DNA of 64,000 nt from Eledone cirrhosa. Lineage: Eukaryota. Positions 29,435-42,094 of the stretch are shown in pieces. The notes beneath the pieces are model-generated. The model was not told where the DNA came from. It saw nothing but the letters and a program-made list of their open reading frames with translations, and searched no databases. The translations under genes were made by a program, and so were the position numbers. The stretch covers positions 332,568,001 to 332,632,000 of the forward strand of contig OZ024741.1 in NCBI GenBank assembly GCA_964016885.1, in the 5' to 3' direction. Position 1 is the first letter of the stretch. Each line of letters begins with the position of its first letter.

Positions 29435-30357
29435 TCATCATCATCATCATCATCAGCGTTTAACGTCCGTGTTCCACGCTTGCATGGGTTTGGACGGGGG
29501 TAGTCCCACTTGAGGCAAGAGTGATTGTCTTGCTCGCATAGGACTGTCTGGCAGGTTTTCTACAGTTGGATGCCCTTCCTAACACCAACCACATTTACAG
29601 TGTGGGTCTGGGAGGTTTTTACCGTGTTGCCTACACGGCCACATTACAGCGTGGACTGTGTGTTTTTTTTGTCGTGACACCTACACGATCTCATTTGTTT
29701 CGGCCTCGATGGCGCGGCACCAACATAACTTTACATAGAACGGGGTGGTGTGGATCGGGTGGGGGTGGTGGGACGGGGTGTATTTGTTAGAGATGCCTAC
29801 TGGCTGGAGTAGGTTTTACTATATATTTAGGTAAGGCGGGTCTTCTCTGTTACTGAGTACCGCCAAAGGTCTCGGTCCAGTGACATTGTCTTGGAGAGGT
29901 GTAAGTGTGTGATGTCGGAGTTTATCAGCTCGTCCCAGGTTTTTCTAGGTCTGCCTATTCCGTGACTACCGTCTATCTTTATTGCCCTGCACTTTGTTAT
30001 ACAGCTATCGACTTTCATGCGCATCACGTGTCCATACCAACGTAGCCTTCTCTCGAGTAAACAACATCTGATCCCTCTTATCTCTAATTTATTCCTTAGT
30101 TCGTTTATGCTTTGCCGTTCACGTATATTACTGTTACACATCCAGCGGAGCATGCAAGCTTCGTTCCTCTCTAGTCTGCGTATATCCTCTGCACACAATG
30201 CCCAGGTCTCACTGCCATGCAGCATTGCTGTTCGTATGCAGGCATCGTACAACCTGCCTTTCATTTTTAGTGAGAACCCTTTAGCAGCTAATAGTGGTAT
30301 AAGCTCTCTGAACTTTTTCCAACCAGTTCTGACTCTAGCTACAGTACTTTCAGAGCA
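29435..30357 (-). mobile_element. 5'-truncated RTE LINE copy
   Basis: ORF 29827-30264 (RRLRWYGHVMRM...GRPRKTW), 3' UTR and (GAT)n tail; nearly identical to 42061-42980. Confidence 0.92.
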
Positions 30358-30453
30358 TTTATAAATGCATGTGTCCCTTGAGGTTTATATATGTGTGTGT
30401 ATCTCTATCAATCTATATCTATTGTACCTATCTATATATACACACATATATAT

Positions 30454-30487
<34 letters not shown>

Positions 30488-30689
30488 GCGCTAGCAGGAA
30501 AAGCAGATGTTAAAATGAGAATGATGATGATGATATATATAATAAAGATATATATATATATATAAATGCATGTGTCCATTGAGGTTCATATATGTGTATG
30601 TATCAATCTATATCTGTTATATCTATCTATATATATATACTTACATACATATATATGTATATATATATGTGTATATATGTATGTATATT

Positions 30690-30726
<37 letters not shown>

Positions 30727-30735
30727 GTGTATATT

Positions 30736-30821
<86 letters not shown>

Positions 30822-31465
30822 TATATGTGCTAGCAGGAAAAGCAGATGTTAAAACGACGATGATGATGATATATATGAAGCTATATATATATACATATAA
30901 ACACCGATGGACACATTTTGTAGACACATGCTAACATATACACATGTATCACATCTTCCCATAAATCTGATTTATATCTGTTGCTATTCGTGTCAATAAT
31001 GATCCTCTTAATGTCAATTTTCATGGATTGATGTCCTTATAATCAGCATTGTTCAGCACAAGAGATGCACATATGCCCATTTACCTTGGTGCAGATGTGC
31101 ATTTCCCTTGGCGCATACCCATATTTATTTTGCATATGATGTAATATGGATTCATATTTAGCGTTTTGCTTGCATTTGTGTAAAGTTGAGCTATGTCTCA
31201 CTGGAAATACATATGCATATTTATTATGTGTGTGTTTGTATGCATAAGCATATGAATATATACACACACACATATATCATCATCATCATCATCATCATCA
31301 CTATCATTTAAAATCCCTCCGGTCTCCCTGCTAGCAAGGGTTGGAATATATATATATATATATATACTTACATACATACGTATATGTGTGTGTGTATATT
31401 TTAAATAATCCACCAACTCTCTCTGAGTTTATGAGTGTGAATGTGTGTGCTTGCACACGTGTGTG

Positions 31466-31578
<113 letters not shown>

Positions 31579-34101
31579 TTATGATTGTGGTTACACAGCC
31601 ATCAAACAGCTGCGAAAAACATTTTTCTCTATACACCCTCATAAACTCATATACCGCCATGTCCATCCTCATACACCCCTATACATGTCATACACCCTTA
31701 TACATCCATATACCCCCTCTTGTTCATCCTTATATACCCACACTTATCTCCTAATGCCTCTTTAAATACTTTTCTGTCATGAATTATGTACTTTGGTTCA
31801 AGTATAATGAAGTAAGCCTTTCCTGTACCACATATGCAGCCTGTCATCATCATCATCAGCACCACCATCACAGTCACCATCTTCACCACCATTATCATCA
31901 TCATCAGCACCACCATCACAGTCACCATCTTCACCACCATTATCATCATCATCAGCACCACCATCACAGTCACCATCTTCACCACCACTATCATCATCAT
32001 CACAACCACCACCATCACAGCCACCACTACCTTCACCACCAGCACCACCATCATCGTCATCATCATCACCACTTCCACCACCACCATCATCATCATCATC
32101 ATCAATACCATCATCGCACATTCACTTTTTACTTATATGGGTCAGACAGGCCTTCCCTCCACCTACTGTGTTCCTTCAACATTTCCTCTGCCTGGTTTAG
32201 CATTTTCAGGTTCACTCTCACCATTTTTGCCCAGGTCTTCTTTGGTCTTTCTCTGCTACAGCTTCCTTCCACCAAGTAAAGGGTTGGTAGGACCCTTTAG
32301 TTGTGTCAAAAACATAACAACCTCTCTTATGCACTCATTGGAATGTAAGTGAGCTGCAGACCCCTGGCCTGTCGGGGAGGTCAGTATCCCCTCTTCAGTA
32401 CTGACTTGCTCTACATAGACCTGTCCAACCTTTGCTAGCATTAAAACATCAAAGAAACCTCCTTGATCAGCACCCTAGAGTTGTAATAGGGAAGTAAGAG
32501 GCACCCTTTTCATTCTGTAAAGTTGTAGTACTTGTCCCACGATAAAAAAAGTATCCAGCCCACCTTACAAAGTGATAATGAAGGAGCCATGATAAAATGC
32601 ACCCAGTCCATCCTGTAAAGTGCTAGTGCCATGATAAAAAGCAGCAAGTACACTCTATAAGTTTGTAGTATTGGTGCCAAAATAAAAAGGCACCCAGTAC
32701 ACCTTGTAAGGTGGTAGTGCGGGTGTCATGATAAAATACACCCAGGATACACTGCAATGTGCTTGTGCTAGCGCCATAATTAAAAAGAACCCAGTATAAC
32801 CTGTAAGGTGGTAATGCTGGTACTGTGTGATAAAATGCACCCAGTACACTCTATTATGTGGTTGGTGTTAGAATGGGCATCTAGCCATAAAACCCATGCC
32901 AATATTTAGTGAATAGACATGGTCATTTAATCAGTCACACCTCAGAAATTGATAGCCCATCTATCTAACTTTTGCAAGCATAGAAAATAAACATTAACCA
33001 GTGGTGATGATGATGATGATTATATATATGTGTGTGTGTGTATATGTGTTAATACATATATATATGTATTTTGAAAGAAACAACTAAAGTGGGTTGGTGT
33101 GAAAAGGGGAATCTTGCTATAAAACATTGTCTCCAAATATCCCATCAAACCCAGGCAAGCATGGAAAAATGGATGTTTTGAGGCAATGTTTTACAGCTGG
33201 ATACCCTTTCTGGTGCCAACTCCTTTTACTTGCTTCTTATAACATGCAGGAATACAGTGTGCTTATTCTAAAATCCAGGATACACAGGGCAATAATTTTT
33301 ATTATCGTTTATGTAAAATGGTCATGTTAGGTGCCATGATAAAAAGTGCCTAGTCCATACTGTAAATGTCATGACAAAAAGCACTCAGTATACATTGTAA
33401 ATGTGGTTGGCATTTGGAAGGTCGTCCAGCCATTGAAAACAAGCCAGAATCAGTTCTGTATGAGCAAGACACGGTCACCTGATCTGACAACGGGGCAACA
33501 CATCTAACCCATGCTAGCATGGAAGAATGGATATTAAATGAGGATGATGATGATGATATATTTAAAGGGCAATGTATTGGCAGTATCGGTAGAGCATCAG
33601 ACAATATGCTTCATTTTACATTCTGAGTTTGAATCTTGCTGAGGTTACCTTGGTGTTTCATCCTTATGGGTTCAATAAAATAAAATACCAGTAAAATACC
33701 TAAATCAGAAACCATTATATATATATGTATATATATATCTATCTATCTATATATATATATATATATATATATTGTTGAGTGGTTACAAAGGAAATGTAAA
33801 AGAAAAATAAATAAATAAATGAAATAATAAGATTAGTTAATGGAAAGAGGGGTGGGGGGTATAGAAACAGAAGGTAGGGGGAGAAAGCAAGAGACGTGAG
33901 AGAGGGAGAAAAGAGATGGACATTTGTTGTGTGTGTGTATAGGAATGTGTGTGTGTATTTGTATGTGTTTGTACGTCTGTGTTGTGTATGTGTGAGTATA
34001 AGACTACATGTAATCAGACTGTATGTGTATTTGCATGTATGTGTCTGTGTTGTGTGCATGTGTGTGTGTCTGTGTGTGTGTGTGAGAGAGAGAGAGTACA
34101 A

Positions 34102-34155
<54 letters not shown>

Positions 34156-37100
34156 AGAGACAGGGAGAGGGAGCGACAGGGAGCACAAGAAATGGGAGAA
34201 TACATTGCGAAAGAGAGAGTAAGTGAGAGAAAGTGTGAACAAAGAGACAATAATAGAAATGTGAAGAAAGGAAGAAAGGAAGAAAGAAAGAAGGAAGAAA
34301 AGATGCAAGGCAGAAATGGTGAGAAAAGTTGTAGGAAAGGGCATTCTTGAATGAAATGGTGGGAATTGTAAAGGAGGAAGAGTGTATTGATGAGAAAGAC
34401 AATGAGATGTTAAGAATATATTTTCAACAAGATCTATGAACAGACAGACATGCCTTAAGTCAAAACGAAAGAGAGAAGTGAGTGAGGAGGGAGGAAGGGA
34501 GGGAGAGAAGGAAGAAATAAAGGAAGAGAGAGAGGCAAACATTTTCTCTCAAGCATAAAGAAGGTCAAAGAAAAATGGTCTTAATCTTTTTTTTTCTTCC
34601 CCTTTCTCCTTCAATTCTTTTCCTGCATAAGTCCTTATCTTTGTACAAAAGAATCAAAGGTCAGCGGAACATCCATTTGATAACTGGGGAAAAAATGCTT
34701 AGAATTCAAACAAAATTTCTCTATTGAAGGATTGGCTTTTATTTTTCCTTGGTAGTAAACTCTGTGAAATAGTTTCCGATACATACTTTGGTGTAATGGA
34801 AAGAATACTATTTCCAAATGAGAACTATTCACTACAAGGAGTCTGACAATTAGCTAAGAACTTGGGCTGTTTTTCTTTTCCTAATAGATTGAATACACTG
34901 AGAACTGGTCAATTATTGCAAGTTTGCAGTAGAATTTCAGTCAGTGGTTCTGAGTGGATTCCATTCTTTGTAAAGCATGGAAATGAGAAGTAAAGAAAGT
35001 ACTTTGTAAAATGTAGAGAATAGAAGAACTCTTATAAGAATGGCAACATCAGTGTGATGTGAGCCAGTTAAATAATGAAATTGTGTGCATTTCAACTTCT
35101 TTGAATTAATGCAACAGCTAAGTAAATGAGACTAAATGAGGTTGTTTTGTCTAAGAGGCTGGTCAGAACAATCGAATATCGGAGAGAATGGAGATAATGC
35201 TGAGAGAAAAAGTGCTAATGTAATTCTTGCATATATATTGATCTTCGAATGAGTGACGGAAACATGCTGAAACCTATAGTTAATAGTGCCGTGTTCAAAC
35301 TTAATCCTTTTGAATTACACATAAGATGGCATGAATCATCCAGTCACTGTCATAGGATTTCAATTAAAAATCTTTCTCAAACACATTTGAAAGCCATTAT
35401 TAAGCCATTTAGCCGTCACTTCATTTTGACCGTTAAATCACTTTAGATTTTAGTCTCAATGAATGAACAACGCTAACACTAATCCTTTTGTTATGATTGA
35501 GAACTTTCTAGAAATTCTTCCCACCTGGATTACTAAAATGTTATTATAGGATGATTAATATATGTAAGTGAGATGTAGAACCCACCCTCTCAGTCTGTCA
35601 AGGAATTGTTGGTGTAATGTAGTTGGTAGTTGGTGATAGAAAGGTCATACAGTCATAGAAAACTTGCTAAACAAAGGAAGGGCATCCAGCCATAGAAAAA
35701 TAACTCCAACTCAAACTCTTTAGTCGTTTCAAGGGCATGACATCCTCCCTAGTGTTGGTGATCTACATTATAAATGCATCCAGTATACACTGTAAAGTGG
35801 TTGGGGATAGTAAAACTTAGTAAAACTTGCCAAACAAAAATTTGGGAGAACCCTTCATTTTATGTCAGACCTCACTTGAGCCTTTACTGGAATGTAAGTG
35901 AGGTGCAAATCTCACACCCTGGGCCTGTCTGGGAGGTCAGTAGCCCAGCTTCAGTACTAACTTAGTCTATGTAGACCTGTCCAACCCTTGCCGGCAGGAG
36001 AGCAGACATTAAATGATGATGATAAGGGTGATGCTCATCTTTTAGCAACATATTAATTTGAAATGTTAGTGTGTGATAAGGAATTCATGAAAAATTACAA
36101 TATAGAAATATTTGGTTGCAATGCAACATCAGTTTGTGGCAAATAAGAAATGAATTCATGCATTGAAAACAGAGTTTTGATTGGAGGATATCATAATGGT
36201 AGTGTGATTGGAGGACATCATAATGGCATTGGATGCAGAGAATGTGTGAAAGTTATAAAAAATGAATGAAGCATGCTCCGTTGGATGTGTAATATTAGTG
36301 TGCATAAACAAGGAAGCACATGTGAGTTGAGAGAAAAAAACTGCGTATAAGATTTATCAGATGTGGGCAAGTGAGAAGAAAGCACTGGGATTGGTGATGT
36401 TAGTTGTTATCAAATCAGATCTGAAAAGGATATTTCTCCAGCTCCATACTGTTCAAAATAATATATCAATCATATTGTCTTGGTTCTAAGGGAGAACATT
36501 TTATGGGAGGATCACTTGATTTAACCAATACAACAGAAATAGGGACTACACAAGGGAGAGGGAGCAGACTAGACTAATACATATATATATATATACATGT
36601 GTAAAAGCTGACCTTGCCCAATTGCATCTCTCAAAGGCAATGACACAGGACCAAGACCTCTAGCATCACGTAGTAATGCAGAAGACCTGACTTTCTACGG
36701 GTACAAGCCAAAGCCTATAGATAGTATGTCCCCACCCCCTCCCACTGTAAAGATCTCGTGGAGGTGTCACGACAAAAAAGCTCCCAGCCCATACTGTAAA
36801 GTAGTTGTGTAGGCGCCACGGTAACAAAAGCACCCAATACTCACTGTAAATGAGGTTGATGTTAGTAAGGGCATCCAGCTGTAGCAATCAAGCCAGAATC
36901 AGTCCTGTATGAGCAAGACATGGTCACCTGACCTGGCATTGCCCACAACAGGACAATATATATATATATCATCATTCATTTCATTTTACGTCTGCTTTTT
37001 CCTGCTTGCAAGGGTGGGACGGGAACTGATTCTGGCTTGATTTCTACAGCTGGATGCCCTTCCTAACACCAACCTCATTTACAGTGAGTGCTGGGTGCTT

Positions 37101-37295
37101 TTTTGCCGTGGCACCTCCACGACCACTTTGCAGTGGAATGATAGGGACCCCTGCCCCTATCATTTCATTTCTACAGCTGAGTAAACTGGAGCAATGTGAA
37201 ATAAAGTATCTTGCTCAAGGAAACAACACATCACCCAGTCTGAGAATTGAACTCACAACCTTTCGATTGCAAGGCCAATGCTCTAACCATTAAGC

Positions 37296-37356
<61 letters not shown>

Positions 37357-37794
37357 TTCGTTTCTGAATTTGTTTAGCAAGATTCTTTATCTGAAATCGT
37401 GTGTTGAAACCGATATTGTTATACTTTGGGAGGGTCATGTTGCCAATAAGAAACACACGCACCAGTTGCTTTCACTTCAATTTATTATAATAAATTTATA
37501 ATAAATTTATAAATTTCTGGTTGGTTGGTTGAATTACAACCAAAATTAAATAGAAAATATGAGTGGAACAGCAACATCACAACTTACAATTAAGGACAAA
37601 ATGAAAACACACACACACATAGAACAAATAACCAACCAGTAACATGTAAATAAACAAATAAATAAATGAACATAAACACACACAGACACCCGGATGTGGC
37701 ACATGCGCAGACTGAGCACACAACACACACACAGAAACAAAATGGCGTAGGACAGAACAAAGGAGAGGCACAGAAAGAAAGAAAGGAATCCCCA

Positions 37795-37837
37795 GTCACT
37801 GAAGAGGTCACAGAGTGTGTGACGAAAGAACTATGAC
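37795..37837 (+). ncRNA. Minimal hammerhead ribozyme, family E
   Basis: GTCA-CTGAAGA-G-GTCAC(AGAGTGT)GTGAC-GAAA-GAAC-TA|TGAC; lies inside inverted repeat 37447-37953. Confidence 0.7.
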
Positions 37838-37968
37838 AATATATAAACAACTATCTGGTTGTGGAACCAACCAACCAACCAGAAATTTATAAATTTATTA
37901 TAAATTTATTATAATAAATTGAAGTGAAAGCAACTGGTGCGTGTGTTTCTTATATACATATATACATA

Positions 37969-38015
<47 letters not shown>

Positions 38016-38335
38016 GGCCTTGCAATCGAAAGGTTGTGAGTTCAATTCTCAGACCGGGTGATGTGTTGTTTCCTTGAGCAAGACACTTTATTTCACATTG
38101 CTCCAGTTTACTCAGCTGTAGAAATGAGATGAGAGGGACTGGGGTCCATATCATTCCACTGCAAAGTGGTCGTGCAGGTGCCACGGCAAAAAAGCATCCA
38201 GCACTCACTGTAAATGGGGTTGGTGTTAGGAAGGGCATCCAGCTGTAGAAATCAAGCCAAAATCTGTTCCCGTCCCACCCTTGCAAGCAGAGAAAAAGCA
38301 GACGTAAAATGAAATGAATGAAATGATGTATATAT

Positions 38336-39535
38336 GGTGGCTGCCAACTCGTTTTCGAGTATGGCCACTACTTTATATCCATGTAGGAGAACCCCTACCG
38401 ATGCGCTGAACGCGTGTGACTTTTTAGTCCAGCCAGAGACTTGAAAACTCTGGTACAAACACTACACTTGTGACAATTATTGACACATAGTGCTGGGCCC
38501 ATGGTACCATATGACGACAAGTGCAGAGAGATCTCCAGATATAAAGCAATGCCTGTGCTGTGAAGCTTTTATAGTGAGCAAAGGCACTGCACAAAGCCAG
38601 TCCCACTCTCTTAACCAAGATGATATTTACCAAAAAGAAGAACAAGTCAACATCATTGGATACCATCAGGGTTGCAGGTGTTATATCAGAGTTTTCCTTC
38701 TCCTAGAATTCGGCCTTGACAAAGGCTAAGGGGGTCATCTCTCCCGGTGATTTTGGAAGGCCATTGACTCTTAAGAGCTCCTTTGCCCTTTGACAGGTTT
38801 TGTTTTTAGTCCTGCAGGATGTCCAAAGTCACCCTCCTCACCAAGAAACCTTGGTGGGGTTGCCAGTTTAGTCGCCAACGACCATGAGACAGGTTGTACT
38901 GGGATACATGTATATATATATATATATGGTGGCTGCCAACTCGTTTTCGAGTACGGCCACTACTTTATATCCATGTAGGAGAACCCCTACCGATGCGCTG
39001 AACGCGTGTGACTTTTTAGTCCAGTCAGCGACTTGAAAACTCTGGTACAAACACTACACTTGTGACAATTATTGACACATAGTGCTGGGCCCATGGTACC
39101 ATGTGACGACAAGTGCAGAGAGATCTCCAGATATAAAGCAATGCCTGTGTCGTGAAGCTTTTATAGTGAGCAAAGGCACTGCACAAAGCCAGTCCCACTC
39201 TCTTAACCAAGATGATATTTACCAAAAAGAAGAACAAGTCAACATCATTGGATACCATCAGGGTTGCAGGTGTTATATCAGAGTTTTCCTTCTCCTAGAA
39301 TTCTGCCTTGACAAAGGCTAAGGGGTCATCTCTCCCGGTGATTTTGGATGGCCATTGACTCTTAAGAGCTCCTTTGCCCTTTGACAGGTTTTGTTTTTAG
39401 TCCTGCAGGATGTCCAAAGTCACCCTCCTCACCAAGAAACCTTGGTGGGGTTGCTAGTTTAGTCGCCAACGACCCGACCATGGGACAGGTTGTACTGGGA
39501 TACATGTTACCAGTAGCACCAACTGGTGACCTGAC
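38336..39535 (-). mobile_element. Tandem dimer of a ~590 bp internally deleted RTE derivative
   Basis: Units at 38336-38910 and 38928-39535, period 592. Each has an RTE-type 5' UTR motif (AGAAGGAAAACTCTGA), a C-terminal C2H2 finger (CSVCTRVFKSLTGLKSHTRSAHR* in unit 2) and a 3' stem-loop CTCG-AAAA-CGAG. Confidence 0.65.
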
Positions 39536-39576
39536 ATAAATATATAAACCTGACATAAATATACATGTATATATAT

Positions 39577-39630
<54 letters not shown>

Positions 39631-39672
39631 CAAAATATTAATAAATGAATACGTTCACATAATCAAAATATA

Positions 39673-39738
39673 TGTTTTATTATATATATTTCAGAGGTAC
39701 TGTGCTGTTTTTTCAGTTCGCTCTCATCAGATAAAATA
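39673..39738 (-). ncRNA. Type I hammerhead ribozyme, family A
   Basis: Minus strand TATTTTAT-CTGATGA-GAGCGAACTG...CAGTACCTCT-GAAA-TATATA-TA|ATAAAACA. Confidence 0.75.
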
Positions 39739-39930
39739 TATGAATTGATGTATGACATACTCACCCCCTCCTTTTACCTATATCACGCTCCACATCCTCT
39801 TATTCATCATATTTAAGTTTATCATCTTATTATTTTTGTATATAAATATTGAGATTTGTTGTAATAAATCACTACCTATACTGGTATTGAACCATCAAGA
39901 CATTTGAGGTATGTCATACATCAATTCATA

Positions 39931-39993
39931 TATTTTATCTGACGAGGGCGTACTGAAAAAACAGCACAGTACCTCCGAAATATAGATAAAACA
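39931..39993 (+). ncRNA. Hammerhead ribozyme, family A (stem III damaged)
   Basis: TATTTTAT-CTGACGA-GGGCGTACTG...CAGTACCTCC-GAAA-TATAG-ATAAAACA; inverted partner of the 39673 copy. Confidence 0.6.
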
Positions 39994-42057
39994 TATATTT
40001 TGATTATGTGAACATATTTATTTATTAATATTTTGAATAATATTACTAACTCCAGAAAACTTCTTTGTAGAGTGCTTTTAATCTATTGTAAAACTATATT
40101 CATTGAGTAATCAATGAATCATATTAATCTTTGGTCGTATATATATATACACATATATATATATATATTTCACACATACACACATATATATATGTATATA
40201 TATTTGTATATGTGTGTGTATTTATATATATATGTATTTATATTTATATATATATATATGTGTATGTGTGTTCATTTTACCAAATTTTACAGCAATTTGC
40301 CTCTATTCAGCTACTCTGGACAGTGCTTCACATTTGGACATAATATAAGTCAGAGAGCAAGGCTTGAATGTCTAACCTCTCTGCCATAAATACAATACCT
40401 TAACCACAAAGCTGACACATGTGTGTTGCTGAAGCTGTGAGATATATGAAATATTCAGCAAATCTGTCAAGAACAATGCTACAGTGCAAATAGAAGGAAA
40501 AGAGTGAGTAAAAGAAGATCAATATTTCCTTCCATTAGATATTTTGACACAGTAAACACCACACTGGTCATTGTTACCTCCTAATCTTATTCTTTTCTAC
40601 TAGCTACAGGATGGACCCTTCATGTCTATAATAGCTTTGAATTATTGTGAAGGAAACTTCTTAACCATGCTGTGTTTAGCCTCAATCATTGGCTAGGCAT
40701 TGTAGGAGAAAAGATATCAGTATCATTACTCTCTCTTTCTCACTCCTTTTCTTTCTTTCTCTTTCTCCCTCTCTTTCTCTCCTTTTTTCTTATGAAGAAT
40801 ATTGTATAAAACTAGTGGACCAGTGCTATCAATAATGGTTTCTGATTTAGGCACAAGGCCAACAATTTTCTCAGTTTAAAGTCTGTCTCAAGTCCAGTGG
40901 CTTATTTGGCCGGTGTTTATCCCAGTTTCTGTGGTGTGAAGCAACTGCAAGTACAAGACTCCTCCTCTCCCTGGAGAGGACGCCAGTCCATTGCAGGGTT
41001 AAACCCCCCAGCTTTTGATGTTACTTATTTTCAGCTGAGTATACTAGAGCAAAGTTAAATGAAGTGTTTTGCTCAAGAACACAGCACACAAGCAAGTCCA
41101 GGAATTCAACACATGGCATTAAGTCCAACACACTTACCACAAGGCCATGTGCCTCCATCAACAATTTTGTTTGGGGGGAAGTCAATTAAATCGACCCAGT
41201 ATGTTACTGGTACTTTATTAAACCTGTAAGGATGAAATGCAAAGCTAACATAAAGGGATGCTATCAATAATTATTTATACATTTGGCACAAGGCCAGCAA
41301 TTTGAAGGGAATGGAAAAGTCAGCTAAATCGACCCCAGTGTGTTAGTGGTACTTTATTTTATCGACCCCCATAAGGATGAAAGGCAAAACTAACCTCGAC
41401 AGGATTTGAATTCAGAATGTAGAGGGCCGTAACTCTGTGCCACAATGCATAATGTCCAACGTTCTAACGACACTGCCAATCCATACCCTCTCAATAATGG
41501 CAGTAATAACATTGAATGTATTGAGGTTTTGTGCTTCACAATTGGTACACCATATATACCATGATTACTGGATATATGAACAATCATAAAACTGGGAAAT
41601 ATGCGTTGTGATAAATTAATGGTTTGCATAAGAGAAACCTTATAATTTATATTGATAACTGGCACATGGGAATGATTAAAGATATAAAGAATGACATTTT
41701 AATCATTTATTTCTAGGATATAATTACATAAATGTTCAGCATATTTGTATAAATGACATATGACATTAGATGTATGAGTAACTTTGGAAAAATGACTATT
41801 TATAGGGACAAATATAAGGACAGTACCCACAACCATCTGATTGGAAAGTGAGTTTCTTATTGTAGCAATGTACCTTATATTTTGTGTTGAGGTTTTGTAA
41901 ATCTAGTAGATAAATCACATACTGGTTTTTCACACAATATTTTTATGCAAAAAAAGTGTGACTTATATATGAGAATATGTGATACTTTAGAGATTATGAA
42001 AGAACTACAGATTTTTAATAAACCCCTTTAATACTAAAACACTTGAAACCACCATTG

Positions 42058-42060
<3 letters not shown>

Positions 42061-42094
<34 letters not shown>

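Noticed and set aside
39440-39535. HDV-like ribozyme at the 5' end of the RTE derivative
   Set aside because: P2/P3-like pairings are visible (CCAGT/ACTGG, ACC/GGT), but I could not build a convincing P1/P1.1. Needs a descriptor search.
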